Assembly: GCA_052168235.1 (NCBI GenBank)
Contig: JBQLZK010000001.1
Coordinates: 128,001-192,000, forward strand
Source of the DNA: Thainema sp.
GTDB lineage: Bacteria > Cyanobacteriota > Cyanobacteriia > Phormidesmidales > Phormidesmidaceae
Reading direction: 5' to 3'
DNA: 64,000 nucleotides
Shown here: positions 41,560 through 51,185 of the stretch, piece after piece
How positions within the stretch are numbered: the first letter of the stretch is position 1
How the letters are laid out: every line of letters begins with the position of its first letter
The notes under the pieces: model-generated
What the model was told of the DNA's origin: nothing
Databases searched by the model: none
The model's input: the letters and a program-made list of their open reading frames with translations, nothing else
Made by a program: the position numbers and the translations under genes

Positions 41560-42252
41560 CTATGGTGAAGATGCGCCAAATCCAGAATTGTTTTGTCCCC
41601 GTATACCGCCTGCACCAAAGGCGTCTAGCCTTTCGACTGTACAAGTGGAAGCATCTGCGATCGCACCTCGATCACCCACCAACGTTGGGTTCGCAGCTAA
41701 CGTCGGCTCAAACTTGCAAAAGTACGCCCCCAAAAAGTCCCGCTCTGTATTGAAAATTCGCACGCTGTAAAGATAATCACGCGCTGCTGTGCCAAACTGA
41801 TTCAGCACCGTGTAGCGCTCCATATAGTCCAACAGACTCCACGGCTGGGCATTCACAACGATATCGACTCGTCGAACCGCAGTCGCCGCATCCGGATAGG
41901 CCAACCAATTTTCGACTAGCAGCGGATTAAACTGCTCGGCAATCTGATCCCGCGTGTACCACAGGCTGGGAATCGTCAACTGCGCCTGATTCACGTCATT
42001 GGCCGTGATCACCCCCGTCGTTTTGACGCCTCCATCCCCCGCCGCATTGTCCGGCGATTCTGTGTCCTCATCCAGCAGCTCCGGCTGAAACGGCGCATTC
42101 AGCAATGCCTCCAACTGGCTATCCTGCCGATACGACGCAATCTTCTTCGCAGCGGCTGAATCGGTCATTAGCATCAATCCAAGAGCAAGTGCGATCGCAC
42201 TCCATCTCCCCAACATTCGGTACTGCCCAGCTCGAACCTTCATTGCACCCAT
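41560..42252 (-). CDS. Conserved cyanobacterial exported hypothetical protein
   Basis: Signal-like N-terminus; TIPSLW...W.LLDY.ERY..LNQFG..AR pattern. Confidence 0.65.
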   Translation of the reverse strand: MGAMKVRAGQYRMLGRWSAIALALGLMLMTDSAAAKKIASYRQDSQLEALLNAPFQPELLDEDTESPDNAAGDGGVKTTGVITANDVNQAQLTIPSLWYTRDQIAEQFNPLLVENWLAYPDAATAVRRVDIVVNAQPWSLLDYMERYTVLNQFGTAARDYLYSVRIFNTERDFLGAYFCKFEPTLAANPTLVGDRGAIADASTCTVERLDAFGAGGIRGQNNSGFGASSP

Positions 42253-42435
42253 TCCCCGCCTTTCCTAAATAGTTGCCCTTCACGTGTGAGTAGTCGCGGT
42301 CTTGCACAGCGAACTCGGTTCGTCCAAACCCATCCTCCAAGGCCACCCAAAATCGTAGAGCTAGTCAAACACAACCACCTAGATAGCTCACCATTGATCA
42401 TCAAGCGAAGCGTAATCCTTCTTCACTCCTCACCC

Positions 42436-43698
42436 TCACCCCACCATCATCACCCTCACCATACTCCCCGCTTCAATCACCGTCTCCCCCATTGGCACCA
42501 CCGCCAGTCCAGACGTATTGGCCAAATTAATCAAGTTACCTGAACTATGACTGCCACCTGACAAAGCAAACTCGTAGCCATCAGCAGTTAACGATAGCTG
42601 TCCCCACAAATAAGTTTCCCGTTTACCGCCCGCTTTCAGCGTCTGTTGCGATCGCGCTTGCACAAATTTGGGCGACCAGGGTGCAGGTAGTCCCGACCGT
42701 TTACGAATTGCAGGCTGCACAAATCGCCAGAAGCTTACCAGTGCCGAAACCGGATTGCCCGGTAGACCAAAGTAAAAGGCTTGAGACTGAGCTTCCGTGT
42801 CCGGATCGGTTTTCGGTAGGGTAGCGAACGTCAGCGGCTTACCGGGCTTGACTGCAACAGAGCGAATATGCAGCGTTGCATCCAGTTCCGCCAAGATGTC
42901 ATCCACATAGTCATAGTCACCCACGGAAACGCCACCAGAGGACAGAACGATATCGGCTTGTGATGCCGCTTTTGCGATCGCATCTTTCAGCACGTCCCGA
43001 TCATCAGGCACAATCCCCATTGTCAGCGGGATCGCACCCGCTTGAGCCACTAGAGCAGCCAAAGCGTATTGATTGGAGTCAACAATTTCACCTGGCCTCA
43101 GCTTTTGGTTAATTGGCATCAACTCGTCGCCCGTGGACAGAATCGCCACCCTGGGTCGTCGATAGACGGGAATTTCAATGCACTGGGCGGCAGCGAGAAC
43201 GGCAATTTCGGGCGCTTGTACGTAGGAGCCAGCCGGGAGAAGCGGTTCGCCTGCTTTGTAGAAGCTGCCTTGATGGCGCACAAATGCTTGCGATTCTGGT
43301 GCAGCTAGGATTTTGACCTGTGCCCCATCGCGCTCCGTTTCCTCTTGAATCACAATCGTATCGGCTCCCTCCGGCATCATCGAACCCGTAAAGATGCGAG
43401 AGGCTTGGCCAGCGCTGACTGGACGGACGGGCGTTTTTCCTGCCGGAATGTCTTCAATCACATCCAATACCGTTGGCTGATCGGCAGACGCATTAGCCAC
43501 ATCCTCATAGCGCACTGCATAGCCATCCATCGCGGAGTTGTCCCAGTGGGGAAAATCTAGTTCACTGGTCACAGGCGCGGCTAATATTCGCTGGAGGACT
43601 GCGCCAAGAGAGACTAATTCGCGATCGCACTCTGCATCCAGCGGCTGCACCTGCTCTAAAATCAACGCTTCTGCTTCTTCTACCCGCATCATCGACAT
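42436..43698 (-). CDS. moeA: Molybdopterin molybdotransferase
   Basis: SAMDGYA, RIFTG, STGDEL, SGGVSVG, KPGKP and GLPGNPVS motifs. Confidence 0.95.
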   Translation of the reverse strand: MSMMRVEEAEALILEQVQPLDAECDRELVSLGAVLQRILAAPVTSELDFPHWDNSAMDGYAVRYEDVANASADQPTVLDVIEDIPAGKTPVRPVSAGQASRIFTGSMMPEGADTIVIQEETERDGAQVKILAAPESQAFVRHQGSFYKAGEPLLPAGSYVQAPEIAVLAAAQCIEIPVYRRPRVAILSTGDELMPINQKLRPGEIVDSNQYALAALVAQAGAIPLTMGIVPDDRDVLKDAIAKAASQADIVLSSGGVSVGDYDYVDDILAELDATLHIRSVAVKPGKPLTFATLPKTDPDTEAQSQAFYFGLPGNPVSALVSFWRFVQPAIRKRSGLPAPWSPKFVQARSQQTLKAGGKRETYLWGQLSLTADGYEFALSGGSHSSGNLINLANTSGLAVVPMGETVIEAGSMVRVMMVG

Positions 43699-43772
43699 AA
43701 CTATCTAACCTAATCTCATCAATCCGTCGTCGGTTCGTCGTCTGTTACCTGTAATCTATCCTCAACCTACCT

Positions 43773-43839
43773 GTAGAGGGACAGATTTAGCCAACAAATT
43801 GGTGCATCCAATCCAAATTGCTCAACAAACCGTCCCTAC
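43773..43839. repeat. GTAG REP-like inverted pair (REPIN-like)
   Basis: gtagagggacagatt...aaaccgtccctac. Confidence 0.4.
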
Positions 43840-43954
43840 ACCAGGAAACGTGCAGGCAGAAAGGAATGAATTTAACTGAAAAGTAGCTCCATCCAATCAA
43901 CAATGAGTCAATGCATCCCGCCACTACAAAGATGCTTGGGAACACTAATCCCTG

Positions 43955-44743
43955 CTATTTCAAGACCTGAATTGGCCCTTCTACCGCACCGTCAAAGAAC
44001 TGACGCACAACGGGATGGGTGGTGCTGTCAATGTCATCGACACCGCCCTGCCACTGGATTTTGCCACCATAGAGGAAAATGATTCGATCCGATGTGCGGC
44101 GAATGGTGCTGTCCTGGTGCGTCACCATCACGTAGGTGCTACAGGCTCCTTCTTGCTTCTGCAAACCGCGAATCAAATCTTCCACCACCGTCGAAGCAAT
44201 CGGATCGAGTCCGGCAGTTGGTTCGTCGTAGAGCAGCACTTCCGGATTGTCAGCAGGATTGAGCGGATTGGTCATAATCGCACGAGCAAAGCTGACCCGC
44301 TTACGCATACCACCGGATAACTGCGCCGGATAGCGTCCGCCAATGCCCGGTAGGCCAACCAGTGAGAGCTTGTCTTCAACTAGCTTGCGGATTTCTGCCG
44401 CTGGCATCCGCGTATGCTGGTAGAGCAAAAAGCCGACGTTCTCTTCAACGGTCAGCGAATCAAACAAAGCCGCCTGCTGAAACACCATACCGATGCCAAT
44501 CGGATCGGGTTCGTCCTCAATTAGTCCTTTTCGCTGCTTACCCGCTATGTAAATTTCTCCAGCATCAGGTTCCAGCAGCCCCGCAATAATCCGCAAAATC
44601 GTAGATTTTCCAGTTCCCGACGGGCCAATGATCGACAGCGCTTCCCCACGATGAATCGTCAGGTCAACGTCATCCAAGATCACGCTTGACCCGAACCGCT
44701 TTGTGATGCCTTTCAGCTCAATTAGGGGGTCACCTCTATTCAA
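43955..44743 (-). CDS. ABC transporter ATP-binding protein (MlaF/Tgd3-like)
   Basis: GPSGTGKS, LSGGMRKRV, LYDEPTAGLDP and C-terminal EGPI. Confidence 0.88.
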   Translation of the reverse strand: MNRGDPLIELKGITKRFGSSVILDDVDLTIHRGEALSIIGPSGTGKSTILRIIAGLLEPDAGEIYIAGKQRKGLIEDEPDPIGIGMVFQQAALFDSLTVEENVGFLLYQHTRMPAAEIRKLVEDKLSLVGLPGIGGRYPAQLSGGMRKRVSFARAIMTNPLNPADNPEVLLYDEPTAGLDPIASTVVEDLIRGLQKQEGACSTYVMVTHQDSTIRRTSDRIIFLYGGKIQWQGGVDDIDSTTHPVVRQFFDGAVEGPIQVLK

Positions 44744-44746
44744 GGG

Positions 44747-47725
44747 TTACTTTGTCTCCATCCAGTTTTGCCCAGCATGAACTTCAACTCGCAGCGGTAC
44801 TTCTAGCTGCACCGCCGACTCCATTGCGGTCTGAATTTTAGGGCTGAGTTCGGCCCATTCATCGGGCGGAGCCTCAAACACCAGTTCATCATGCACCTGT
44901 AAGAGCAGACGAGTTTCATACGACTTTAGCAAATCTTGGATCTGCACCATCGCGATTTTGATGATGTCAGCGCTAGAACCTTGAATCGGCGCATTGGCCG
45001 CTGCTCGCAGCAGTCCGGCATCATAGCCACCGGGACGAATCGTTTGCAAGTCAATCTCATCTGGACTCTTACCCTGGAGCCGCTTTAGGCTACCGCTGGT
45101 GAAATTGAAATAGCGGCGACGACCTTTAATTGTTTCGACGTAGTTGTTTGCGATCGCATTTTTCTGCATTTGCTGCAAATAGCCGAATACCAACGGATAG
45201 CGTTCGTTAAAGCGGTCAATGAACATTTTGGCATCGGCCCGACTCACTCCGGCTTCACGGGCAAAGCGGGAAGCTCCCATGCCGTAAATGACGCCGAAGT
45301 TGATCGTTTTACCCAAGCGGCGCTCGTCCGGAGTAACGTCGTCTTTCTCGAACAGCAAGCGAGCCGTCAAGGCGTGAACATCGTCGTTGTTGCGGTACGT
45401 CTCAACCAAAACAGGCTCACCGCTCAGGTGGGCCAAAATCCGTAGCTCAATCTGAGAATAGTCGGCTGCAGCCAAAATCCAGCCCGGTTCCGGAATAAAC
45501 GCCGCCCGAATCTGGCGACTGAAGGCGGTGCGAATCGGAATGTTTTGCAGGTTGGGATTGGACGAAGACAGGCGGCCTGTGGTCGTAATCGCCTGATTGA
45601 AGTCGGTATGTACCCGTCCCGTTTTGGGATTGACTAGCTCCGGCAGCGCATCCACATAGGTCGATTTCAGTTTGGACAACGTGCGAAATTCCACCACCGC
45701 ATCCACGACTGGGTGATCGCCCTGCAGTTTCTCTAGCGTGGCGGCATCGGTAGAGTAGCCCGTCTTCATCTTGCGCGACTTGCGCTTATCCAGTCCCAGC
45801 TTGTCAAAGAACAATTCGCTCAACTGCTTGGGCGAACCGAGATTAAACGTCTCGCCAGCATCCTCATACGCCTGCTGCTCGATCTCTTGCAAGTTCTTTT
45901 CCAGTTGAACTGAAAGTTTACGCAAGTACTCTTGATCGATGCGAATGCCCGTATATTCCATGTCGGCCAGAACAGGCTCCAGCGGCAGCTCGATCTCATG
46001 CAGCAAGGCCGGAAACGCTTCGACCTGCTCCAGTTGCGCCTGCAAGAGGGGTACTAACCGATAAGTCAGATGGACATCCATGCCACAGTAGTTAGCCACC
46101 GCTGGGATACTGACATCGGCAATCGTTTGCTTTTTGGGGACGAGATCGGTGTAGCTCGTCACTTCTAACCCAAAATAGCGCAGCGCCATATCGGTGAGAT
46201 TATGGCTACTTTCGGGATTGATCACGTAGCTGGCCAGCATCGGGTCAAACACCACGCCCTTCAGGTCAACTCCCTGGCAGCGCAGCACCAGCCGATCAAA
46301 CTTAGCATTCTGAAACGCCTTGGGATAAGCAGGATCTTCTAAGAGCGATCGCAACCTCTCCAGCACCGTCTGCACGTCCAGAGATTTCCCGACAGTGTGA
46401 CCAACGGGAATATAGGCCATGTCCGCCGCTTCCTCACCCCAGCAGCAGCCGATGCCGACTAACTGAGCCTGCCAGGGGTCAAGCGCTGTCGTTTCCGTAT
46501 CCCAGGCCGTCGGGTGCTTCGGATCAGTGTGCTGCTTAAGGCGCTGAATCAGCTCGTCTAACTCGTCGGTTGTTCGAACAATCTGCGGCTTGATCGTGAC
46601 GTTTTCGTCAGGAGCAGCCTGAGCTTTGAGCGTATCTTCGAAGGTAAAGAACGAAATGTCGTCATCGTCAAAGAATGGAGATGGAGGTGCGATCGCGCTT
46701 TTTCCCTCAGCCCCACCACTGGTTTCTGTCGCCTCAACCTCACCACCAAAGGCGGTCTGAATTTTGCCAATCCGCTTAATAAAACTCTGAAACTCTAGGC
46801 GCTTAAACTCTTGGACAACCTTCGCTTCGTCAAAGCCCTCCAGCTTACACATCGTCAAGCTGACATCAATCGGTACGCCCAAGTGAATCTGCGCCATGTA
46901 CTGCGAGTGCATCGCATCGTCGTGCCCCTCTTCCAGCTTCTTGCGAGTCGCACCTTTAATTTGGTCAATCGACGCATAAATATTTTGCAGGGAGCCATAC
47001 TCGTCCAGCAGCTTGACCGCTGTTTTTTGCCCAATTCCTTTTACACCAGGAATATTATCTGAGGTGTCGCCACAGAGGGCCTTGTAATCCACCACCTGAT
47101 CGGGGCGAATGCCCAGCTTTTCCTGCACCTGCTGGGGGCCAAATTCCGTTACTCTGGCTCCAGCCCGATAGAGAGCGCTGCCCATATGCAGCACGGAAAT
47201 TCCCTGCTCTGGATCAATGAGCTGAAACATATCCTGGTCGCCGCTGAGGATTTTGACCCGATAGCCGTCCTGAGCGGCTTTACGCGCTGTTGTCCCCAGC
47301 ACGTCATCCGCTTCGTAGCCATCCAGCATCAGAATCGGCACCCGCATCAGCGTCAGCAGCGCTTGCAGGTTTTTGATATCTTCTCGAAAATCATCTGGCG
47401 CTTCTGGTCGATCTGCCTTGTATGTGACATCGACATCATGGCGAAATGTGGGGGCACTGGAGTCGAACGCTGCCGCCGCATAGTCTGGCCGCTCGGAATC
47501 CATCACGTCCATCAGCAGCGTTAAGAAGCCGTAGGTAGCACTAGTGGGAATGCCAGAAGAAGTTCGCAATCCACCATCCGGGCCACGAGAAAAGGCATAG
47601 TAGGCCCGGTAGGCCAGCGAATGGCCATCAACGAGGAGCAGCGTGGGTTTCTCAGTCGCTTTGGGTGTCGCGGTTTCAGGAGTTGAATCAGCCAAGATTA
47701 GATCGAACAGATGAGCAAACGACAT
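44747..47725 (-). CDS. polA: DNA polymerase I (start uncertain; ATG 47725 preferred)
   Basis: LLVDGHSLAYR 5'-3' exonuclease, DTET, TGRLSS, DYSQIELR, KTINFGVIYG and QVHDELV motifs. Confidence 0.97.
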   Translation of the reverse strand: MSFAHLFDLILADSTPETATPKATEKPTLLLVDGHSLAYRAYYAFSRGPDGGLRTSSGIPTSATYGFLTLLMDVMDSERPDYAAAAFDSSAPTFRHDVDVTYKADRPEAPDDFREDIKNLQALLTLMRVPILMLDGYEADDVLGTTARKAAQDGYRVKILSGDQDMFQLIDPEQGISVLHMGSALYRAGARVTEFGPQQVQEKLGIRPDQVVDYKALCGDTSDNIPGVKGIGQKTAVKLLDEYGSLQNIYASIDQIKGATRKKLEEGHDDAMHSQYMAQIHLGVPIDVSLTMCKLEGFDEAKVVQEFKRLEFQSFIKRIGKIQTAFGGEVEATETSGGAEGKSAIAPPSPFFDDDDISFFTFEDTLKAQAAPDENVTIKPQIVRTTDELDELIQRLKQHTDPKHPTAWDTETTALDPWQAQLVGIGCCWGEEAADMAYIPVGHTVGKSLDVQTVLERLRSLLEDPAYPKAFQNAKFDRLVLRCQGVDLKGVVFDPMLASYVINPESSHNLTDMALRYFGLEVTSYTDLVPKKQTIADVSIPAVANYCGMDVHLTYRLVPLLQAQLEQVEAFPALLHEIELPLEPVLADMEYTGIRIDQEYLRKLSVQLEKNLQEIEQQAYEDAGETFNLGSPKQLSELFFDKLGLDKRKSRKMKTGYSTDAATLEKLQGDHPVVDAVVEFRTLSKLKSTYVDALPELVNPKTGRVHTDFNQAITTTGRLSSSNPNLQNIPIRTAFSRQIRAAFIPEPGWILAAADYSQIELRILAHLSGEPVLVETYRNNDDVHALTARLLFEKDDVTPDERRLGKTINFGVIYGMGASRFAREAGVSRADAKMFIDRFNERYPLVFGYLQQMQKNAIANNYVETIKGRRRYFNFTSGSLKRLQGKSPDEIDLQTIRPGGYDAGLLRAAANAPIQGSSADIIKIAMVQIQDLLKSYETRLLLQVHDELVFEAPPDEWAELSPKIQTAMESAVQLEVPLRVEVHAGQNWMETK

Positions 47726-47802
47726 CTCATTGTAACGAGCAATTGGCGATGCGGATGATGATGCAGTGGCGAGGCAATTTATTGCCTCGGTTAAATAGGA
47801 TA

Positions 47803-47877
47803 TCAGCGCTGCACGAGGATGATCAGAATGAACACTGCGACGGCAATGGCAACATAGGGAAACCATTGGATTTGGCC
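47803..47877 (-). pseudogene. Relic copy of the 3' end of the NB-ARC-TPR gene
   Basis: Encodes GQIQWFPYVAIAVAVFILIILVQR*, 16/24 identical to the NLR C-terminus; preceded by in-frame stops. Confidence 0.75.
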
Positions 47878-47942
47878 TTATTGGCAGTTGCGGGCTTATG
47901 CTGTAAACGTGGTTGTTGAGATGAGGTTATATTTCATACCAC

Positions 47943-48212
47943 TCATGGAAAGTAGCGGTAGAATTCGCGGCGGTGTAGCACTCTCATGACTTCTAACGTG
48001 TCGCCGTTAAGTTCAACTCCAACCCGATAATCACCGACGCGAATGCGATATCGGTTGGGATAGCCTATTAATGCTTTTACATTAGGCAGACTTTGGAGGG
48101 ACTGAGCTGCTGGCAATGTTGTAAAGGCAAGCTCAAAGATTCGCTGATAAGCGGATGAGCCTTTGAGTTTTTTCAGATCTTTCAAAAAGAGCTTCCGATA
48201 CTCAATCTTCAA
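47943..48212 (-). CDS. RelE/ParE-family type II toxin
   Basis: TTG start overlaps the antitoxin stop; FLKDLKKL, YRIRVGDYRVG and HRREFYRYFP. Confidence 0.88.
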   Translation of the reverse strand: MKIEYRKLFLKDLKKLKGSSAYQRIFELAFTTLPAAQSLQSLPNVKALIGYPNRYRIRVGDYRVGVELNGDTLEVMRVLHRREFYRYFP

Positions 48213-48442
48213 TCGGCTTCCTCCTCTGCCAAAAACTGAAGCGCATCTTCGCGGCTGAGCAGGGGCGATGTTTTGGCTTCGTCCATCGCTTTGTTTAAGC
48301 AGTAGTCTGCTAAATTTTCGGCGAGATTTTCGAGTGTTTCGTTGCCTTGGGGCATCAGTCGCTGCCAAAGCTCAATGGGAATGACAACGGCCTTGGGATT
48401 GCCGTCAGCGTCGGTGAGATAGTTGATGGCAGGGTTGGTCAT
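48209..48442 (-). CDS. Putative antitoxin
   Basis: 77-aa acidic protein (YLTD..G...AVVIP; LNKAMDEA) upstream of and overlapping the toxin. Confidence 0.78.
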   Translation of the reverse strand: MTNPAINYLTDADGNPKAVVIPIELWQRLMPQGNETLENLAENLADYCLNKAMDEAKTSPLLSREDALQFLAEEEAD

Positions 48443-48467
48443 GGCCTAGCCTCCTTTATGTTTTACT

Positions 48468-51185
48468 CTAACGCTGCAAGATGATAATCAGAACACAGAC
48501 AATAATGGCGATGGCAATATAGGGGAGCCATTGGATCTGACCTTGGCGGGAATTGGACTTTGAGGAATAGGAAGAGTTGGGAAGGGATTTTTCCCACCAA
48601 TCAGGCCTTGAATCCTCTTTTTCCAGAAGAGTAGGCATTTTTCGAGGTTGCATCACAATAGTCTGATTGAGATTGTAAATCACTCGTTCACAATCCTTAA
48701 CTTCGTGGTCAAGTTGCAACTCTTCGTAAATTGCTTTTGCTGCTTCGAGATCTTGCTTCGCTGCCCATAGCTCGTCAATTCTGGCGTAAGCTAAAGCTCG
48801 GTTAAATAGATTGGCTGCTTGGCCCCTGGGTGTATCAATCCGTTTCGCAATTTTTAGAGATTGCCCATAGAATTCAATTGCTTTAACATGTTGACCTAAC
48901 GAACTATAAGCAAGGCCAAGATTACAAAGATTAGCAGCTTGCCCATGAAGATCACCAATCTTCCGATTAATTTCTAAGGCTTGTTTATGTAGGTTCACTG
49001 CTTTGTCATATTGGTGCAACGAATGATACGTACTGCCGAGACTACCAAGAGAAACAGCTTGACCATCAAGGTCACCAATCATCTGCGATATCTCTAAAGT
49101 CTGCTGATGCATTTCAATTGCTTTGTCATGCTGACCCAAGGAATTATAAGCAAAGCCAAGATCTCCAAGATTGGCTACTTTGCCTGTGAGATAACCAATT
49201 TCTTGATTAATTTCTAGGGCCTGCTTGTGCAGTGCAATTGCTTTGGTACATTTACCTAAGGAATAGTATGCAGAGCCAAGGTTGCCTAGATTTGTAGCTT
49301 GACCTTTGCGATGGCCGATCTTCTCCATTATTTCTAGGGCTTGCTCGTGCAGTTTAATTGCTTTATCGTATTGATCTAACAAGCGATAGCTTTGACCAAG
49401 ATTGCAAAGATTATGGGCTTGACCTTCAGCATGGCCAATTTCCTGCACGATTTCTAAAGCTTGCTCATGTAGCTCAACTGATCGAGCATATTCGCTTAAC
49501 TCCTTATAGACTATGCCGAGATTGCCTAGATTGGTAGCTTCCCCCCTACGATCTCCAACCTCTCGATGGATCTTTATAGCTTGCTCAAATAGCTCAATTG
49601 CTTTGTCATACTGGCTCAATGAGACATAAGCCACTCCAAGATTGTCGAAAGCAACAGCTTGGCTGTGAAGATCTCCAAGCTCCTGCTCAATTTCCAGAGC
49701 TTGCTTCTGTAGCTCAATTGATCTGGTGTACTGGCTTAATAAACGGTAGGCAAGGCCAAGGTTACCAAGAGCAGCGGCAAATTTCCGCCTTTTCTCCAGT
49801 GTTTTCGGTGGATAATTTTTCCAGGCTGTCGTCAGCCGTTCATAGGTATCTGCCCAAATGCGATAGTAACCTAGCAAGTCAAACCATTTAGTACATTCTG
49901 AGATCGCATCATAGGCAGCTTCATATTTGTCTAGCTCACAGTGATGGTGAAATACAGCTAAATAGTCATCTAAAAACTTCTCAATATCGTTTTGCTCTGG
50001 TTTTAGAGGTAAATAGTCAGTAAAGAACTCAACCGCCTTCTGATGTGCTCCAACCTCCAATTGTCGCTCTTGCAATGTCTTCTCGACAAACTGCCGCATC
50101 AGCGGATGCAATGTCCAGCGATCTTGTCGCTTCAGCAAAAAGCCCTGCATTTCTAATAGTTCCAGATCAGCCTCTGCCACCTGCGGCTGCATTGCCTGTG
50201 CCCGTTCCACATCAAACGGATTCTGATAAACCGACACCTCCAGCAGTGCCGTCTGCAACGTCTCCGATAACTGCTGCAACAAAAGCTGAAAAATCTCCTC
50301 AACCTTCGCTTCCGGATCACCCAAATTGTTCTCAAACAGCCTCTCAAAAAAGCTTAAATCCGTTTCTTTGAGTTGTCCCGCTGCCGTCTGATTCAGCCAA
50401 CTCGCCGCCAAATTCAACAACAACGGATGCCCATCTGCCAACGTCGAAAGCTGCTCTAAATTGACTTCTTCCGATGCAGAAATTTCCTGCTTCTGCAAAA
50501 ACGCCGCCCCTTCCTGCGGTGTAAACCCCGGCAAAACGTAACGAACCGAATCTTCAGCAACAAACCGATTCCGCGTCGTCACCAGAATCATGCTTTTCCG
50601 TCCCCGCTGTTGCCACTGCTCCAAAAATGCCTCAAACAATGGCCGATCTGCCGACTGCTCAATCTCCTCAAGCTGATCCATCACCAGCAGACAGCGGCGT
50701 TCACTCAGCCGATGAATTGTCTGAGTAATTAGCTCCTCGTCTGGAACTGACTCATCCGGAACTAAAAAGCCAATTTCTTGATGTACCCAGCGACCAAACG
50801 TACTGAAAGATGGCTGTTTTTGAAAATTGATCCACAGCGCATAGTCAAACCGCGCTTGAGTAACTTCATACGCCCAACACGCCAACAGCGACTTACCAAA
50901 ACCACCTGCTGCCACCACTTCAGTCAGCAGAACACGATCCGACTGTATCCGCTCCATCAAATTAGCTTGTGGCTGTGTCCGGTCAACCCATCTGTCCGGC
51001 TCACGCCTGGGTAGAATGGGATCAATTTCTGTAACCAGCACCGTGCGCTGAGACTCAATGCGATCGCCAAAATTTGCGGTTCCATGAAACTCACCAAATC
51101 CGTAGTTTCGGGAATTACCATGTCCTTCGATATCAATGTTGACCTTGTTAGGATCAAATTTCGGCGTTTTGTCTTGCCCAGTCAT
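48468..51185 (-). CDS. NLR-like protein: N-terminal amyloid-type motif, NB-ARC-like NTPase, TPR array, C-terminal TM helix
   Basis: AAGGFGKS Walker A, LLVMD Walker B, ILVTTR, GHPLLL, LHPLMR; about 9-10 40-aa TPR repeats; hydrophobic tail. Confidence 0.88.
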   Translation of the reverse strand: MTGQDKTPKFDPNKVNIDIEGHGNSRNYGFGEFHGTANFGDRIESQRTVLVTEIDPILPRREPDRWVDRTQPQANLMERIQSDRVLLTEVVAAGGFGKSLLACWAYEVTQARFDYALWINFQKQPSFSTFGRWVHQEIGFLVPDESVPDEELITQTIHRLSERRCLLVMDQLEEIEQSADRPLFEAFLEQWQQRGRKSMILVTTRNRFVAEDSVRYVLPGFTPQEGAAFLQKQEISASEEVNLEQLSTLADGHPLLLNLAASWLNQTAAGQLKETDLSFFERLFENNLGDPEAKVEEIFQLLLQQLSETLQTALLEVSVYQNPFDVERAQAMQPQVAEADLELLEMQGFLLKRQDRWTLHPLMRQFVEKTLQERQLEVGAHQKAVEFFTDYLPLKPEQNDIEKFLDDYLAVFHHHCELDKYEAAYDAISECTKWFDLLGYYRIWADTYERLTTAWKNYPPKTLEKRRKFAAALGNLGLAYRLLSQYTRSIELQKQALEIEQELGDLHSQAVAFDNLGVAYVSLSQYDKAIELFEQAIKIHREVGDRRGEATNLGNLGIVYKELSEYARSVELHEQALEIVQEIGHAEGQAHNLCNLGQSYRLLDQYDKAIKLHEQALEIMEKIGHRKGQATNLGNLGSAYYSLGKCTKAIALHKQALEINQEIGYLTGKVANLGDLGFAYNSLGQHDKAIEMHQQTLEISQMIGDLDGQAVSLGSLGSTYHSLHQYDKAVNLHKQALEINRKIGDLHGQAANLCNLGLAYSSLGQHVKAIEFYGQSLKIAKRIDTPRGQAANLFNRALAYARIDELWAAKQDLEAAKAIYEELQLDHEVKDCERVIYNLNQTIVMQPRKMPTLLEKEDSRPDWWEKSLPNSSYSSKSNSRQGQIQWLPYIAIAIIVCVLIIILQR

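Noticed and set aside
42420..42440. actcctcacc resembling the Yfr1 sRNA motif ACTCCTCACAC
   Set aside because: Imperfect match, no flanking hairpins, and it abuts the moeA stop.
47726..48368. ORF-track N-terminal extensions of polA (to 47866) and of the RelE toxin (to 48368)
   Set aside because: The extensions overlap the NLR relic and the antitoxin and look non-coding; downstream starts fit the family lengths better.
48780..49780. 120-bp periodic repeats
   Set aside because: Explained by 40-aa TPR units; no reverse transcriptase or template repeat to suggest a DGR.
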